Made by a program: the position numbers and the translations under genes. A DNA stretch of 64,000 nt from Patescibacteria group bacterium (GTDB lineage: Bacteria > Patescibacteriota > Microgenomatia > Levybacterales > UBA12049): assembly GCA_038062115.1 (NCBI GenBank), contig JBBTXS010000009.1:91681-155680 (forward strand). Direction: 5' to 3'. Of the stretch, positions 9,113 through 18,366 are shown piece by piece. The stretch's first letter is position 1. The number at the start of each line of letters is the position of its first letter. A model generated the notes under the pieces. It saw only the letters and a program-made list of their open reading frames with translations. It was not told the DNA's origin and made no database searches.

Positions 9113-10873
9113 ATGTGTGGAATATTTGGTTATATTGGTCATAGACAAAACGCTGCCCATATAGTATTTGAGGGATTAAAACTCTTAGAATATCGCGGAT
9201 ATGATTCGTGGGGTGTGGGAGCAGCAGTTGATAAAAAAATAGTTATTGACAAGCATGCAGGCAAAATCCTCGATGCAAAAGTTAAGCTACCAGATAGCAA
9301 CTTTGCTTTTGGGCATACGAGGTGGGCAACACACGGCGGGGTAACTGATATAAACGCTCATCCTCACCGTGACTGTACTGGAAAAATTGCAGTTGTTCAT
9401 AATGGAATAATCGAAAATTATGAGGAAATAAAAAAAACCTTAGGTCGTAAACATAAAATTATTTCAGAGACTGATACTGAAGTTTTTGCACATCTTATAG
9501 AAGACTATTATAAAAACCATACTCTAATTGAGGCAGTCAGGTTGGCTTTCTTAAAACTGCGTGGACTATCCGCGTTTTTAGTAGCAGACGCCACAGATAA
9601 AACTTTCATTGCAATAAAGACAGGATCCCCTTTTGTTATAGGGATAGGAAAAAAAGAAAATATGGTTGGATCCGATTTCAACTGTTTGCTGTCTTTAACT
9701 AGAAATGTTATTTTTCTTGAGGATAATCAACTTGCAGAAGTAACAGAAAATAATGTTAGCGTTTTTTCTATAAAGACTGGAAAAAAAATTAAATCGCAGA
9801 TTCAAAAAATTGATTGGAAAGAAGCAATAGCCACAAAAGGAAATTTTTCCCACTTTATGATCAAAGAAATCCACGAGCAGCCAAATGTTATAAGAAATAT
9901 CGCCGAAAACTATTCAAGCCAAGTCGAAAAACTGGCAAAAAATATCCAAAAAGCAAAAGGAACTTTTTTTATAGGAGCAGGTACTGCTTTTCATGCAGGA
10001 CTTTCGGGTAATTATCTTTTTTCAAAAATTGCAAAAATGCATGTAAACACTGCTGTTGCATCCGAGTTTAATTACCTAGAGGATTTTCTTACAAAAGACA
10101 GTCTTATTATCGCTCTTTCCCAAAGCGGGGAAACTATTGATGTTGTCGAGCCTTTAGATCGGGCAAAAGCAAAAGGAAGCAAAATTTTTGCCGTAACAAA
10201 TACTTTGGGTTCAACAATTTACAGAATGGCCGATTACAACATGCTTCTTAATGCGGGGGTAGAAAAGGCAGTTGCTTCTACCAAGGCATACATTGCAAAA
10301 ATAAGTGTTATACTTATGCTTGCATATTCTATTGTTGGAAAGGTAGATGAAGTAAAAAAAATTCTTCTCAAAACAGCGGATGAGACACAAAGGATACTTT
10401 CAAAAAAAACAATAGATGGTATTAAAAAAATCGCCAAAGTTTTAAGTAAAGCAGAAAATATCTATGCGATAGGACGGGGAGTTTCATATCCAACAGCTCT
10501 TGAAGCAGCGCTAAAAATCAAAGAAGTTTCCTATATTCCAACCGAAGGACTCGCGGGAGGGGAATTAAAACACGGAACAATAGCTTTGATTAGTCGTTGC
10601 ACCCCATGCATTGTATTTGCCCCTCAGGACGAAACATATGAATCTATACTTTCAAACGCAATCGAAATTAAATCAAGAGGGGGAATAATAATCGGAGTTT
10701 CCCATAAAAATTCTTCTGCGTTCGATCATTTCATAGAAATTAAAGATATAAAAGAGGGATCGTATATAGCACAAATAATTGTTGCTCAACTTCTTGCATA
10801 TTTTATGGCAGTTGATTTAAAACTTGATCCGGACAAGCCAAGAAATTTGGCAAAGAGCGTGACGGTGAAGTGA
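9113..10873 (+). CDS. glmS: Glutamine--fructose-6-phosphate aminotransferase
   Basis: MCGIFGY (catalytic Cys2; I prefer the ATG at 9113 over the ORF-track 9107), two SIS domains, and a C-terminal [11 protein letters not shown](K/E). Confidence 0.95.
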   Translation: MCGIFGYIGHRQNAAHIVFEGLKLLEYRGYDSWGVGAAVDKKIVIDKHAGKILDAKVKLPDSNFAFGHTRWATHGGVTDINAHPHRDCTGKIAVVHNGIIENYEEIKKTLGRKHKIISETDTEVFAHLIEDYYKNHTLIEAVRLAFLKLRGLSAFLVADATDKTFIAIKTGSPFVIGIGKKENMVGSDFNCLLSLTRNVIFLEDNQLAEVTENNVSVFSIKTGKKIKSQIQKIDWKEAIATKGNFSHFMIKEIHEQPNVIRNIAENYSSQVEKLAKNIQKAKGTFFIGAGTAFHAGLSGNYLFSKIAKMHVNTAVASEFNYLEDFLTKDSLIIALSQSGETIDVVEPLDRAKAKGSKIFAVTNTLGSTIYRMADYNMLLNAGVEKAVASTKAYIAKISVILMLAYSIVGKVDEVKKILLKTADETQRILSKKTIDGIKKIAKVLSKAENIYAIGRGVSYPTALEAALKIKEVSYIPTEGLAGGELKHGTIALISRCTPCIVFAPQDETYESILSNAIEIKSRGGIIIGVSHKNSSAFDHFIEIKDIKEGSYIAQIIVAQLLAYFMAVDLKLDPDKPRNLAKSVTVK

Positions 10874-10877
10874 GACT

Positions 10878-11738
10878 ATGAATAAAGATTATTATCAAAT
10901 TTTAGGGGTCCCAAAAACAGCCCCTCTTGATGAGATAAAAAGAGCGTATAGGAAACTTGCACTTTTGTATCATCCAGATCGCAACAAGGGTAAAGAGGCA
11001 GAAGTTAAGTTTAAAGAAATAAACAAAGCCTACGAAGTATTGTCTGACCAACAAAAAAGGCAGGCATATGATCAGTTTGGCGCCTCTGCTTTTGAACAAG
11101 GATCCGGTTCTGGGCAGCAAACTGGTCGCTATGGGCCTTTTACATATACTTATACAACATCTGGAGATGCCCCAGATGTTGATTTTGGTGGGTTTTCTGA
11201 TCCTTTTGAAATATTTGAACAGTTTTTTGGCGGAGCATCTCCTTTTGGCAGACGCCAACGCCGTACTACTTATTCTTTAAATATTAGTTTTATGGAGGCA
11301 GTCCACGGAGCCCAGAAACGAGTTACGCTTGATGGAAAGACGCAAACAATAAAAATACCAGCGGGCGTAGATGATGGTTCACGAATTCGTTTTGGAGAAT
11401 ATGATGTTATTGTCGAGGTAACTCCTGACCCAAGATTTAATAGAGAAGGATACGATATTATTACAGAAAAAGAGATATCATTTCCCCAGGCAGCATTAGG
11501 CGATGAAGTTAATGTTGCAGTAGTAGATGGTGATATAAAAATTAGAATTCCTTCGGGAACACAGTCAAATGCTGTTATAAGACTTCGTGGTAAAGGAGTT
11601 CCTCATGTGCAAAGTACAGGCCGGGGAGATCATTATGTAAGAATAAAAGTAATAGTTCCCAAACATTTAACTCGTAGTCAAAAAGAAATTCTGAGGGGAT
11701 TTGAGGAAGAAGGAAAACACAAGAGAGGCTGGTTCTAA
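10878..11738 (+). CDS. J-domain co-chaperone, DnaJ/CbpA-like without zinc-finger domain
   Basis: DYYQILGV...HPDRN J-domain, a G/F-rich linker, and C-terminal substrate-binding domains. There are no CxxCxGxG repeats. 286 aa. Confidence 0.85.
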   Translation: MNKDYYQILGVPKTAPLDEIKRAYRKLALLYHPDRNKGKEAEVKFKEINKAYEVLSDQQKRQAYDQFGASAFEQGSGSGQQTGRYGPFTYTYTTSGDAPDVDFGGFSDPFEIFEQFFGGASPFGRRQRRTTYSLNISFMEAVHGAQKRVTLDGKTQTIKIPAGVDDGSRIRFGEYDVIVEVTPDPRFNREGYDIITEKEISFPQAALGDEVNVAVVDGDIKIRIPSGTQSNAVIRLRGKGVPHVQSTGRGDHYVRIKVIVPKHLTRSQKEILRGFEEEGKHKRGWF

Positions 11739-11778
11739 TAAAAATTTGCACGTCATTTCTAGATGGTGAAATGTTAGT

Positions 11779-11906
11779 GTAGCTAACAGTTTACTCTTCT
11801 GACATGAATTTTATTCTTCGAGCGTAAGCGAGAAGTTTACAGCCCTGTTATTTCTCGGCTTTCAGCCTCGAACAATAAAAAGTTTTGACAACTGCTGAAC
11901 GGCTAC
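11779..11906. mobile_element. Degenerate palindromic MITE-like element adjacent to copy B
   Basis: Ends are GTAGCTAACAG... / ...CTGAACGGCTAC. Core is ATTCTTCGAGCGTAAGCGAGAAG...TTCTCGGCTTTCAGCCTCGAACAAT. I could not identify a clean TSD. Confidence 0.5.
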
Positions 11907-11914
11907 AAGACAAT

Positions 11915-12037
11915 GTAACTATTCAGTTCTTACCAATGAAGCTGTCATTTCGAGCGTAGCGAGAAATCCCCAGGGGATTCTCACGGCTACTTCGTAGCCT
12001 CAGAATGACATTCTGTTGGGAACAACTGAATACTTAC
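11915..12037. mobile_element. 123-bp MITE, GTAAC...CTTAC family, copy B, with 8-bp TSD
   Basis: Identical to 5246-5368. TSD AAGACAAT at 11907-11914 and 12038-12045. Confidence 0.9.
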
Positions 12038-12090
12038 AAGACAATAGGTTGCATGTAAAGCCAGCCTGATGTAGAATTGTTATTCATCCT

Positions 12091-12930
12091 ATGGGAAGTG
12101 TAGACCAAGAACCCATAAGTTTAACTATTAAAGAAAGATTTCCCCGCTTAGAAGAAATCCCTGAAGGCATATACCCCAACGGTGGATACCCCAACCATGT
12201 ATTAATTATCCCAGACCGAAATAGAACCTTTGCAAAGAAATTTGCACAAGCGTCAATCTTTGGTCATAGAAAAGGAGCAGAAGCTCTAGAGCAAGGATTG
12301 CTTGATTTATGGGAGCTGGAAATTCCTAACATTAGCATTTGGGGAGCATCCGAAAAAAACATAGACGAAAGAGATAAACACGAAATGAAGGAGCTATTTC
12401 AGCTAGAAGAATCTATGGTAACCAGAAATTTACTTAATCTCCAAAAATATGGAATTCGATTTATTCGTGTAGGCAGAAAAGATAGGCTACCAGCAAGCCT
12501 TCTGACAACTATTCAAAGCGCAGAAAAACTGACTGAAAATAATTCAGAAAAAACACTTCGCTTATTACTTGATTATGGAGAAACCTATAGGCAAAGAGAG
12601 TATGATAAAAAATTAGCCCAAGCCATTATCGACTTAGCTTTACCCCCAAGAACTATTGCTACCGATGACTTAATCAAAAGCCTTAATATCCCTGATATTA
12701 TGCCTCCTGTAGATTGTGCAATAAGAACAGTTGGTCCAAAGGAAGACGAAGATATTGATTTCTTTTGGACATCCGAGATTGGCAGAATTACTGACAAGGC
12801 TTACTGGTTCCTCATTTATAAATATTTTCCAGAAGCTACTACAGAAGACTTTGTTAATGCTATAATAAGTTATTATAAAATAGATAAGAGAAAAGGTGGC
12901 GACTCAAAAAGATCCACTAAAAATGTTTAA
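12091..12930 (+). CDS. uppS: cis-Prenyltransferase (UppS family), divergent
   Basis: HVLIIPDRNRTFAKK compared with the canonical HVAIIMDGNRRWAK. IFGHRKGAEAL and ISIWGASEKNIDER compared with the canonical LTLYAFSTENWKR. Confidence 0.65.
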   Translation: MGSVDQEPISLTIKERFPRLEEIPEGIYPNGGYPNHVLIIPDRNRTFAKKFAQASIFGHRKGAEALEQGLLDLWELEIPNISIWGASEKNIDERDKHEMKELFQLEESMVTRNLLNLQKYGIRFIRVGRKDRLPASLLTTIQSAEKLTENNSEKTLRLLLDYGETYRQREYDKKLAQAIIDLALPPRTIATDDLIKSLNIPDIMPPVDCAIRTVGPKEDEDIDFFWTSEIGRITDKAYWFLIYKYFPEATTEDFVNAIISYYKIDKRKGGDSKRSTKNV

Positions 12931-12933
12931 GCT

Positions 12934-14055
12934 ATGATAGAAAAAGATACAGCACCAGTAGATGCATCAAAATCAGAAACACTGAGTATCCAAGAATTTA
13001 AGGAAAGGTTTGACCCCATTCTTAAAACCACGCTAGAGCAGAAAATTTCTCATCTTACAAAGCTAACCGACGACAAAGAGGATGCTTCGATTTTGGAAGG
13101 GCTTGATTATATGAAAAAACTTGTCCTTGAGGATGGAAAAAGAATAAGACCTTATATGGCGTATTTAATGTATTCTGCTCTTGGTGGCAAAAATACAGAA
13201 CAAGCACTACGATTATTTACTTCTCTTGAGCTATTTCATGCTTTTGGATTTATCCACGATGACATTATTGACAAAGGATCTAGGCGTCGCGGCATGGACA
13301 CTCTACATATACATATCGCAAATAAATTGCAAAAGGGAGGACAATCCACAGACTATTTTCATATAGGCAATTCCCAATCTATACTCCTTGGAGATCGTCT
13401 ACATGGTTGGTCGCAAGAAATCATAAACTCTAATTCTCACTTTGACGAGGAAAAAATAAAAAAAGTAAGAGGTATCTTCGCTGCTATGACTGATCAAGTA
13501 TTTGTGGGTCAAGCAATTGATGTTGATATGACTACCCACCCTCAAGTATCTACTCCTCGCATAGATAAAAAAATCCGTCTTAAAACAGCAAGCTACACAT
13601 TTATAGGGCCAATGTTAATAGGAGCAGCGCTAGCAGGCAAAGATACAGAAAACATCGAAAGATTTTGTGAGGAATTTGGACTACAGCTTGGCATTGCTTT
13701 TCAAACACAGGATGATTTATTTGACATAATCTCGCCAGAGAAGACTTTAGGCAAAACTACTTTATCGGATATACCGGGGCATCAACACACTTATCTTACC
13801 CAATATGTGCTAGAGAATGGAACCGATGATCAAAAAGAAAGGCTTGCTGACTTATCAAATCTACCCCTAACAACAGAAAGTAAAGCAGAAATCCAACAAA
13901 TTTTTGATGAATCTGGAGCAATACAGTTTGGCAAAAAAATCATAGCAAAAAGTATGCAAGCGGCACAACAACTAGTTGCTACAGCGCCAATGGAAACAAA
14001 GGAAAAAAATAGTCTTATTAGAGTAATAAACGATTTGGCAACAAGAAGCCATTAA
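12934..14055 (+). CDS. trans-Polyprenyl diphosphate synthase (FPP/GGPP synthase family)
   Basis: First and second Asp-rich motifs: FHAFGFIHDDIID and FQTQDDLFD. Confidence 0.9.
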   Translation: MIEKDTAPVDASKSETLSIQEFKERFDPILKTTLEQKISHLTKLTDDKEDASILEGLDYMKKLVLEDGKRIRPYMAYLMYSALGGKNTEQALRLFTSLELFHAFGFIHDDIIDKGSRRRGMDTLHIHIANKLQKGGQSTDYFHIGNSQSILLGDRLHGWSQEIINSNSHFDEEKIKKVRGIFAAMTDQVFVGQAIDVDMTTHPQVSTPRIDKKIRLKTASYTFIGPMLIGAALAGKDTENIERFCEEFGLQLGIAFQTQDDLFDIISPEKTLGKTTLSDIPGHQHTYLTQYVLENGTDDQKERLADLSNLPLTTESKAEIQQIFDESGAIQFGKKIIAKSMQAAQQLVATAPMETKEKNSLIRVINDLATRSH

Positions 14056-14070
14056 ATGTGGAGCAAAATT

Positions 14071-14544
14071 TTATCTCTTAGGACTTTGCTTTTTTCTTCT
14101 TGACTTTCCGCCCATGCCAACTTTTCGCCGTTCGCGAACGCGTGCATCACGAGTCAGCAAACCTCTTTTTTTAAGAATTGAGTGAAATTTTTCTTTGTCA
14201 GACTGATCTAAGGCTCTTGCAATACCTAAAATGGTTGCTCCTAGTTGTCCTGCGTTTCCGCCTCCCTGAGCTTTTACTGTAACAGCAAACTTTTTTTCTG
14301 TATTAGTAACTATTAATGGTTCTCTAAATACTTTTTCTGACTCGCTACCAAAATATTCTAATGCCGATCTTTTGTTTACAATAATATCTCCCTTTTTAAC
14401 CTCAACTCCCCATACAATACTATCTTTGGGATAAAGTCTAACCCTTGCAACAGACTCTTTTCGTCTACCAACGGCAAAAACATAATCTTTTTTAGCAACT
14501 TCTTTTTCTGTTATATTTTTTTCTGATTTCGTATCTCTTGCCAT
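14071..14544 (-). CDS. rpsI: 30S ribosomal protein S9
   Basis: C-terminal ...LLTRDARVRERRKVGMGGKSRRKKQSPKR. N-terminal extension of about 25 aa. Confidence 0.95.
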   Translation of the reverse strand: MARDTKSEKNITEKEVAKKDYVFAVGRRKESVARVRLYPKDSIVWGVEVKKGDIIVNKRSALEYFGSESEKVFREPLIVTNTEKKFAVTVKAQGGGNAGQLGATILGIARALDQSDKEKFHSILKKRGLLTRDARVRERRKVGMGGKSRRKKQSPKR

Positions 14545-14546
14545 AC

Positions 14547-15008
14547 TTATGAATTGTAACTTGTAGTTTTGAGTTTTGAGTTTTGAGTTTTGAGTTTTTC
14601 TTTATATGGGTGTTCGTCTTGAGCAAATACAAATAAGCGGCTCATCATTCTATCGCGCAATTTATTTTGCGGAAGCATACCGGAAACTGCATGGCGAATA
14701 ATTTCTTCTGGCTTTCTTTTTCTTAAATCACCTAAGGACTCTATTCTTAAGCCTCCTGGGTAACCCGAAGAACTATAATACTTTTTGAGAATTTCTTTTT
14801 TTCCAGTAACTTTTACGTCTTTTGCATTCACAACTATAACATAGTCGCCAACATCAAGGTTTCTCACAAAATATGGCTTTGATTTTCCCATCAAAATCAC
14901 TGCAATAGTTGATGCTATCCTTCCCAAAGTTTTTCCCTTAACATCCACTAGATGCCAAGATTGTTTTATCTTTGATGCTCTTGTTGGCGCTGTAAATTGA
15001 GCTTCCAT
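14547..15008 (-). CDS. rplM: 50S ribosomal protein L13
   Basis: WHLVDVKGKTLGRIAS...GMLPQNKL. The C-terminal tail is encoded by the GTTTTGAG octamer repeat. Confidence 0.95.
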   Translation of the reverse strand: MEAQFTAPTRASKIKQSWHLVDVKGKTLGRIASTIAVILMGKSKPYFVRNLDVGDYVIVVNAKDVKVTGKKEILKKYYSSSGYPGGLRIESLGDLRKRKPEEIIRHAVSGMLPQNKLRDRMMSRLFVFAQDEHPYKEKLKTQNSKLKTTSYNS

Positions 15009-15490
15009 TATTTTTTAGTTTTAGCCCCTCTTTTTTTAGCCATTGATGACTTATCCTCCGCTTTTTTATCAGTTTTTTCAAATCCCTCTTCTTCATTTTT
15101 CATTTTTAATTTTTCTCCGCCAGATGGCGGATTAATTTGATCACCCTCCACCCATTCCATTAAAACCATTGATGCATTATCCGATAATCTTCTCCCCATT
15201 CTTGTAATCCGACTATAACCACCTTGCCTTCTTGCAAATCTTGGTGCAACTTCAGAAATTGCTTTTTCAACAGCATCTTTGAAAAGGTATGATTGTAATA
15301 CTCTTCTTGCAATATCTCCTTTCTTTGCATAACTCACAATCTTATCTGCGTCCCCCCTAATTGCTTTTGCTTTTTCTTCTGTAGTTTTAATCCTTCCTTG
15401 TAAAATTAAAGAAGAAATTAGACTCTTAAAAAGAGCCTTCCTTTCATTTGTATCTCTTTTAAATTGTCTTCCAAAAATATTTTTTCGCAT
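15008..15490 (-). CDS. rplQ: 50S ribosomal protein L17 (with Lys-rich C-terminal extension)
   Basis: MRKNIFGRQFKRDTNERKALFKSL..GRIKTTEEKAK. I place the start at the internal Met (15490) because the ORF-track N-terminus reads into the repeat region. Confidence 0.9.
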   Translation of the reverse strand: MRKNIFGRQFKRDTNERKALFKSLISSLILQGRIKTTEEKAKAIRGDADKIVSYAKKGDIARRVLQSYLFKDAVEKAISEVAPRFARRQGGYSRITRMGRRLSDNASMVLMEWVEGDQINPPSGGEKLKMKNEEEGFEKTDKKAEDKSSMAKKRGAKTKK

Positions 15491-15510
15491 AATAACAAAC
15501 AATCTCAAAT

Positions 15511-15620
15511 CGCAAAACGCAAATCGCAAAACTACAACTTAAATCTCAAATCTTTTAAGATTTACAGTTTTTAGATTTGAGATGTAGATTTGAGTTTTTA
15601 CATTTGAGATTTGAGATTAA
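15511..15620. repeat. Long imperfect palindrome built from AAATC(T/G)CA / TGAGATTT octamers, rpoA-rplQ intergenic
   Basis: Left half is AATCTCAAATCGCAAAACGCAAATCGCAAAAC...AAATCTCAAATC. Right half is GATTTGAGATGTAGATTTGAG...ATTTGAGATTTGAGATT. Confidence 0.8.
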
Positions 15621-16544
15621 TTATGATACTAATGATAGACCTTTTTGTTTAAGTTTTTCTTCGATAACTGCTATAGATTTATTTCCCATATTTCTCATAG
15701 ACAAAAGGCTTTTCTTTGAAGCTTCCATTAGATGGCCCAGAGTTTCTATACGGTTATTTCGAAGACTATTATAGATTCTTGTTGGAAGGTCTAATTCGTC
15801 AATAGTAAGTCTTAAAACACTATCCGAAACAGATGGAGACTTTGCTTGAGCACCTAAAGATACCATTGCCTTCGGTTCATAGATTTCCGAAAAGTAAGAA
15901 TACAAAATTCTAGCTGCTTCATCTAATGCTTCTCGTGGTTTAACTATACCATTAGTCCAAATTCTAAGAATTAATTTATCCAAATCTGTTTGTCGTCCCA
16001 CACGAGTTGCTGTAACTTCATAATTGACTCTTTTAACTGGCGTAAATACAGCATCTGTTGCAATAACACCAAGGGTGGATATCCTTCGCTCTTCAGCCAA
16101 AGAATAACCCATTCCCCGCTCGACTGTTAATTCCATATCTAGCTTTGCTTTTTTATCACTAAGATAACCTATATAATGGTCTTTATTTGCTACTTCGACA
16201 TCCTCTGGTAAATCTAAATCCGAGGATGTAATCTTTTTTGGTCCTTTTACAACAAGCGCAACTGTGCTTTTTGCCTTTGAATCAAGAAGTATAAGATTTA
16301 ATCCTTTTATATTAAGTAAAAGTTCAACGACATTCTCTTTAAGTCCTGGAACTGTCGAGAATTTATGTTTTACTCCAGAAATTTTAACTGACGTTACTGC
16401 TACTCCAGGAATAGACGACAAAAGAGTTCTTCTTAACGCATTTCCTAAAGTATGTCCGTACCCTGGATCTAGAGGTTCCATTACAAACTCTCCGTAATCC
16501 TGACTTATTTTTTCCTCTTTAATTTTGAAGATTGGATTTAACAT
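15621..16544 (-). CDS. rpoA: DNA-directed RNA polymerase alpha subunit
   Basis: GYGHTLGNALRRTLLSSIPG and a C-terminal alpha-CTD LDLPTRIYNSLRNNRIETLGHL. The start is moved to MLNPIFKIKEE (16544) to avoid overlap with rpsD. Confidence 0.93.
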   Translation of the reverse strand: MLNPIFKIKEEKISQDYGEFVMEPLDPGYGHTLGNALRRTLLSSIPGVAVTSVKISGVKHKFSTVPGLKENVVELLLNIKGLNLILLDSKAKSTVALVVKGPKKITSSDLDLPEDVEVANKDHYIGYLSDKKAKLDMELTVERGMGYSLAEERRISTLGVIATDAVFTPVKRVNYEVTATRVGRQTDLDKLILRIWTNGIVKPREALDEAARILYSYFSEIYEPKAMVSLGAQAKSPSVSDSVLRLTIDELDLPTRIYNSLRNNRIETLGHLMEASKKSLLSMRNMGNKSIAVIEEKLKQKGLSLVS

Positions 16545-16560
16545 AAAGCCTATTGTACCA

Positions 16561-17166
16561 CTATCTTGAGTAGTACTCAACAATCAGTTGTAAATCGAAA
16601 GGAAGCTGAACATCCTCCCTTTTTGGCATTCTTATTAGTTTTCCATAAATTCCTTCTTTTTTTATAAATGGTAATGTATCAGTTTTTTCTTCTAAAGATT
16701 GTAAAACTTGTGGATTTTTCTGAATCTTAGGAGAAAGAGAAATAACATTGTTTACAGTTACTTGGTACGATGGTACATTCACTTTTTTACCATCAACATT
16801 AATGTGTCCATGAGAAACAATTTGACGAGCCATAGCTCTTGTTTTTGCAAAACCAAGTCTGTAAACCAAATTATCAAGTCTAGTCTCAAGAAGAGATATA
16901 AGCATTTCTCCAGTCTCTCCTTTCTTCTTTTCAACTGTTTTAACCAAATTACCAAATTGTTTTTCTAATAATCCGTATATTGTTTTTGCTTTTTGTTTTT
17001 CTCGAAGTTGAATTCCATATTCAGAAAGTCTTCTCTTGAACTTTCGACCCTTTATCCCACCAGGAGGGACATTTAGACGTCTCTCTAAACTTGAAGACTG
17101 TTTATCTAAAATGTTTGCTCCTTCTCTTCTTGCTAATTTATGTTTTGGTCCAGTATATCTAGCCAT
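16561..17166 (-). CDS. rpsD: 30S ribosomal protein S4
   Basis: MARYTGPKHKLARREG...LDNLVYRLGFAKTRAMARQIVSHGHI. Confidence 0.97.
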   Translation of the reverse strand: MARYTGPKHKLARREGANILDKQSSSLERRLNVPPGGIKGRKFKRRLSEYGIQLREKQKAKTIYGLLEKQFGNLVKTVEKKKGETGEMLISLLETRLDNLVYRLGFAKTRAMARQIVSHGHINVDGKKVNVPSYQVTVNNVISLSPKIQKNPQVLQSLEEKTDTLPFIKKEGIYGKLIRMPKREDVQLPFDLQLIVEYYSR

Positions 17167-17567
17167 TAGATTCTCCTTTTTTTCTTTGCCCTAACACCGT
17201 TGTGAGGAATAGATGTTATATCAGCAATTGATGCGATAGAAAGTCCCCCACTTTTAATTGCGCGAAGCGCAGAGTCTCGTCCAGAGCCTGGTCCTTTTAC
17301 ATACACATCTACTATTTTTAAGCCTGCATCCACTGCTTTTCTAACAACTGATTCAACAGCAGAAGTTGCAGCAAAAGGGGTAGATTTTCTAGTGCCCTTA
17401 AAACCCGAAGCGCCAGCACTACCCCATCCGATTGTATCGCCTTTATCATTAGTTATTGTAACCAATGTATTATTAAAAGTTGATGTAATATATACTTTTC
17501 CCTTATTAGATACTTTTACTGCAATTTTTTTCTTTTGTTCTTTTTTTTGTTGCTTTTCTGCAGCCAT
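17166..17567 (-). CDS. rpsK: 30S ribosomal protein S11
   Basis: ITSTFNNTLVTITD..G..WGSAG..GFKGTRKSTPFAA...PHNGVRAKKKRR. Confidence 0.97.
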   Translation of the reverse strand: MAAEKQQKKEQKKKIAVKVSNKGKVYITSTFNNTLVTITNDKGDTIGWGSAGASGFKGTRKSTPFAATSAVESVVRKAVDAGLKIVDVYVKGPGSGRDSALRAIKSGGLSIASIADITSIPHNGVRAKKKRRI

Positions 17568-17573
17568 AAAATT

Positions 17574-17981
17574 TTATTCTTTTTTCTCTGTTTTACTTTC
17601 TGTCATTTTAGCAGCCAGTTCTTTTTTTATTGCTCCAATTGTAACCCTCTTGCCTCTTTTTGTTCTTGCATTAGAGCGAGTCCTTTGCCCTCTAACCGGC
17701 AAGTTTCTACTGTGCCTAATTCCCCTATAAGAACCAATTTCTTTTAATCTTTTAATATTTGCCAAAACTTCTGTTCTTAAATCTCCTTCAAGCTTATATG
17801 CTTCCAATGCCTTTTGTATTATTTTTTGCTCATCTTCCGAAAGAGCATGTACTCTTTTGGCATTCTCTACATTTGTTTTTTTGAGAATTTGCATAGCATT
17901 ACTTCTTCCTATGCCATAAATGTAGGTAAGTGAAATGTCTACTCTCTTTGCATCTGGTATATTAACCCCTGCAATCCTCAT
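17574..17981 (-). CDS. rpsM: 30S ribosomal protein S13
   Basis: MRIAGVNIPDAKRVDISLTYIYGIG. The Met at 17981 is the canonical start, and the ORF-track extension overlaps rpmJ. Confidence 0.95.
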   Translation of the reverse strand: MRIAGVNIPDAKRVDISLTYIYGIGRSNAMQILKKTNVENAKRVHALSEDEQKIIQKALEAYKLEGDLRTEVLANIKRLKEIGSYRGIRHSRNLPVRGQRTRSNARTKRGKRVTIGAIKKELAAKMTESKTEKKE

Positions 17982-17986
17982 AAAAA

Positions 17987-18100
17987 TTACCCTTGTCTTT
18001 GCTTGTGTTTTGGGTTTTCGCAAACGACTCTGACAACTCCTTTTCTTCTAATAATTTTGCATTTAGCACATCTTGGTTTGACACTAGCTTGAACCTTCAT
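17987..18100 (-). CDS. rpmJ: 50S ribosomal protein L36 (zinc-ribbon type)
   Basis: Too short for the ORF track. My rc translation is [37 protein letters not shown]. Its ATG overlaps the infA TGA (ATGA). Confidence 0.9.
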   Translation of the reverse strand: MKVQASVKPRCAKCKIIRRKGVVRVVCENPKHKQRQG

Positions 18101-18315
18101 TTGTATCTATACACTATCCTTCCTTTTGTCTTATCATAAAGAGTCATTTCTAGGCGAACCTTGTCTCCTGGCAAAATTTTTATAAAATTCATCCTCATTT
18201 TACCAGACAAATGGCAGAGAATTATATCGCCATTTGTAATTTCTACTCTAAAAAGCGTGTTTGGCAACGACTCCTTGACAACGCCTTCTACCTCAAATGA
18301 TCCCTGATGAACCAT
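18097..18315 (-). CDS. infA: Translation initiation factor IF-1
   Basis: 72 aa S1-like OB fold: [39 protein letters not shown]. Confidence 0.97.
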   Translation of the reverse strand: MVHQGSFEVEGVVKESLPNTLFRVEITNGDIILCHLSGKMRMNFIKILPGDKVRLEMTLYDKTKGRIVYRYK

Positions 18316-18366
18316 ATAAATAAATTGAACTTGATTATACCAAACTATCCTCTAAACCGCAATCGT

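Noticed and set aside
14565-14597. Tandem 7-8-nt repeats (also at 28085-28123, 29110-29134 and 51677-51706) considered as a possible CRISPR array.
   Set aside because: The period is only 7-8 nt with no unique spacers. The tracts are shorter than 50 nt, and most lie inside or at the ends of coding genes. No cas genes are present in the window.
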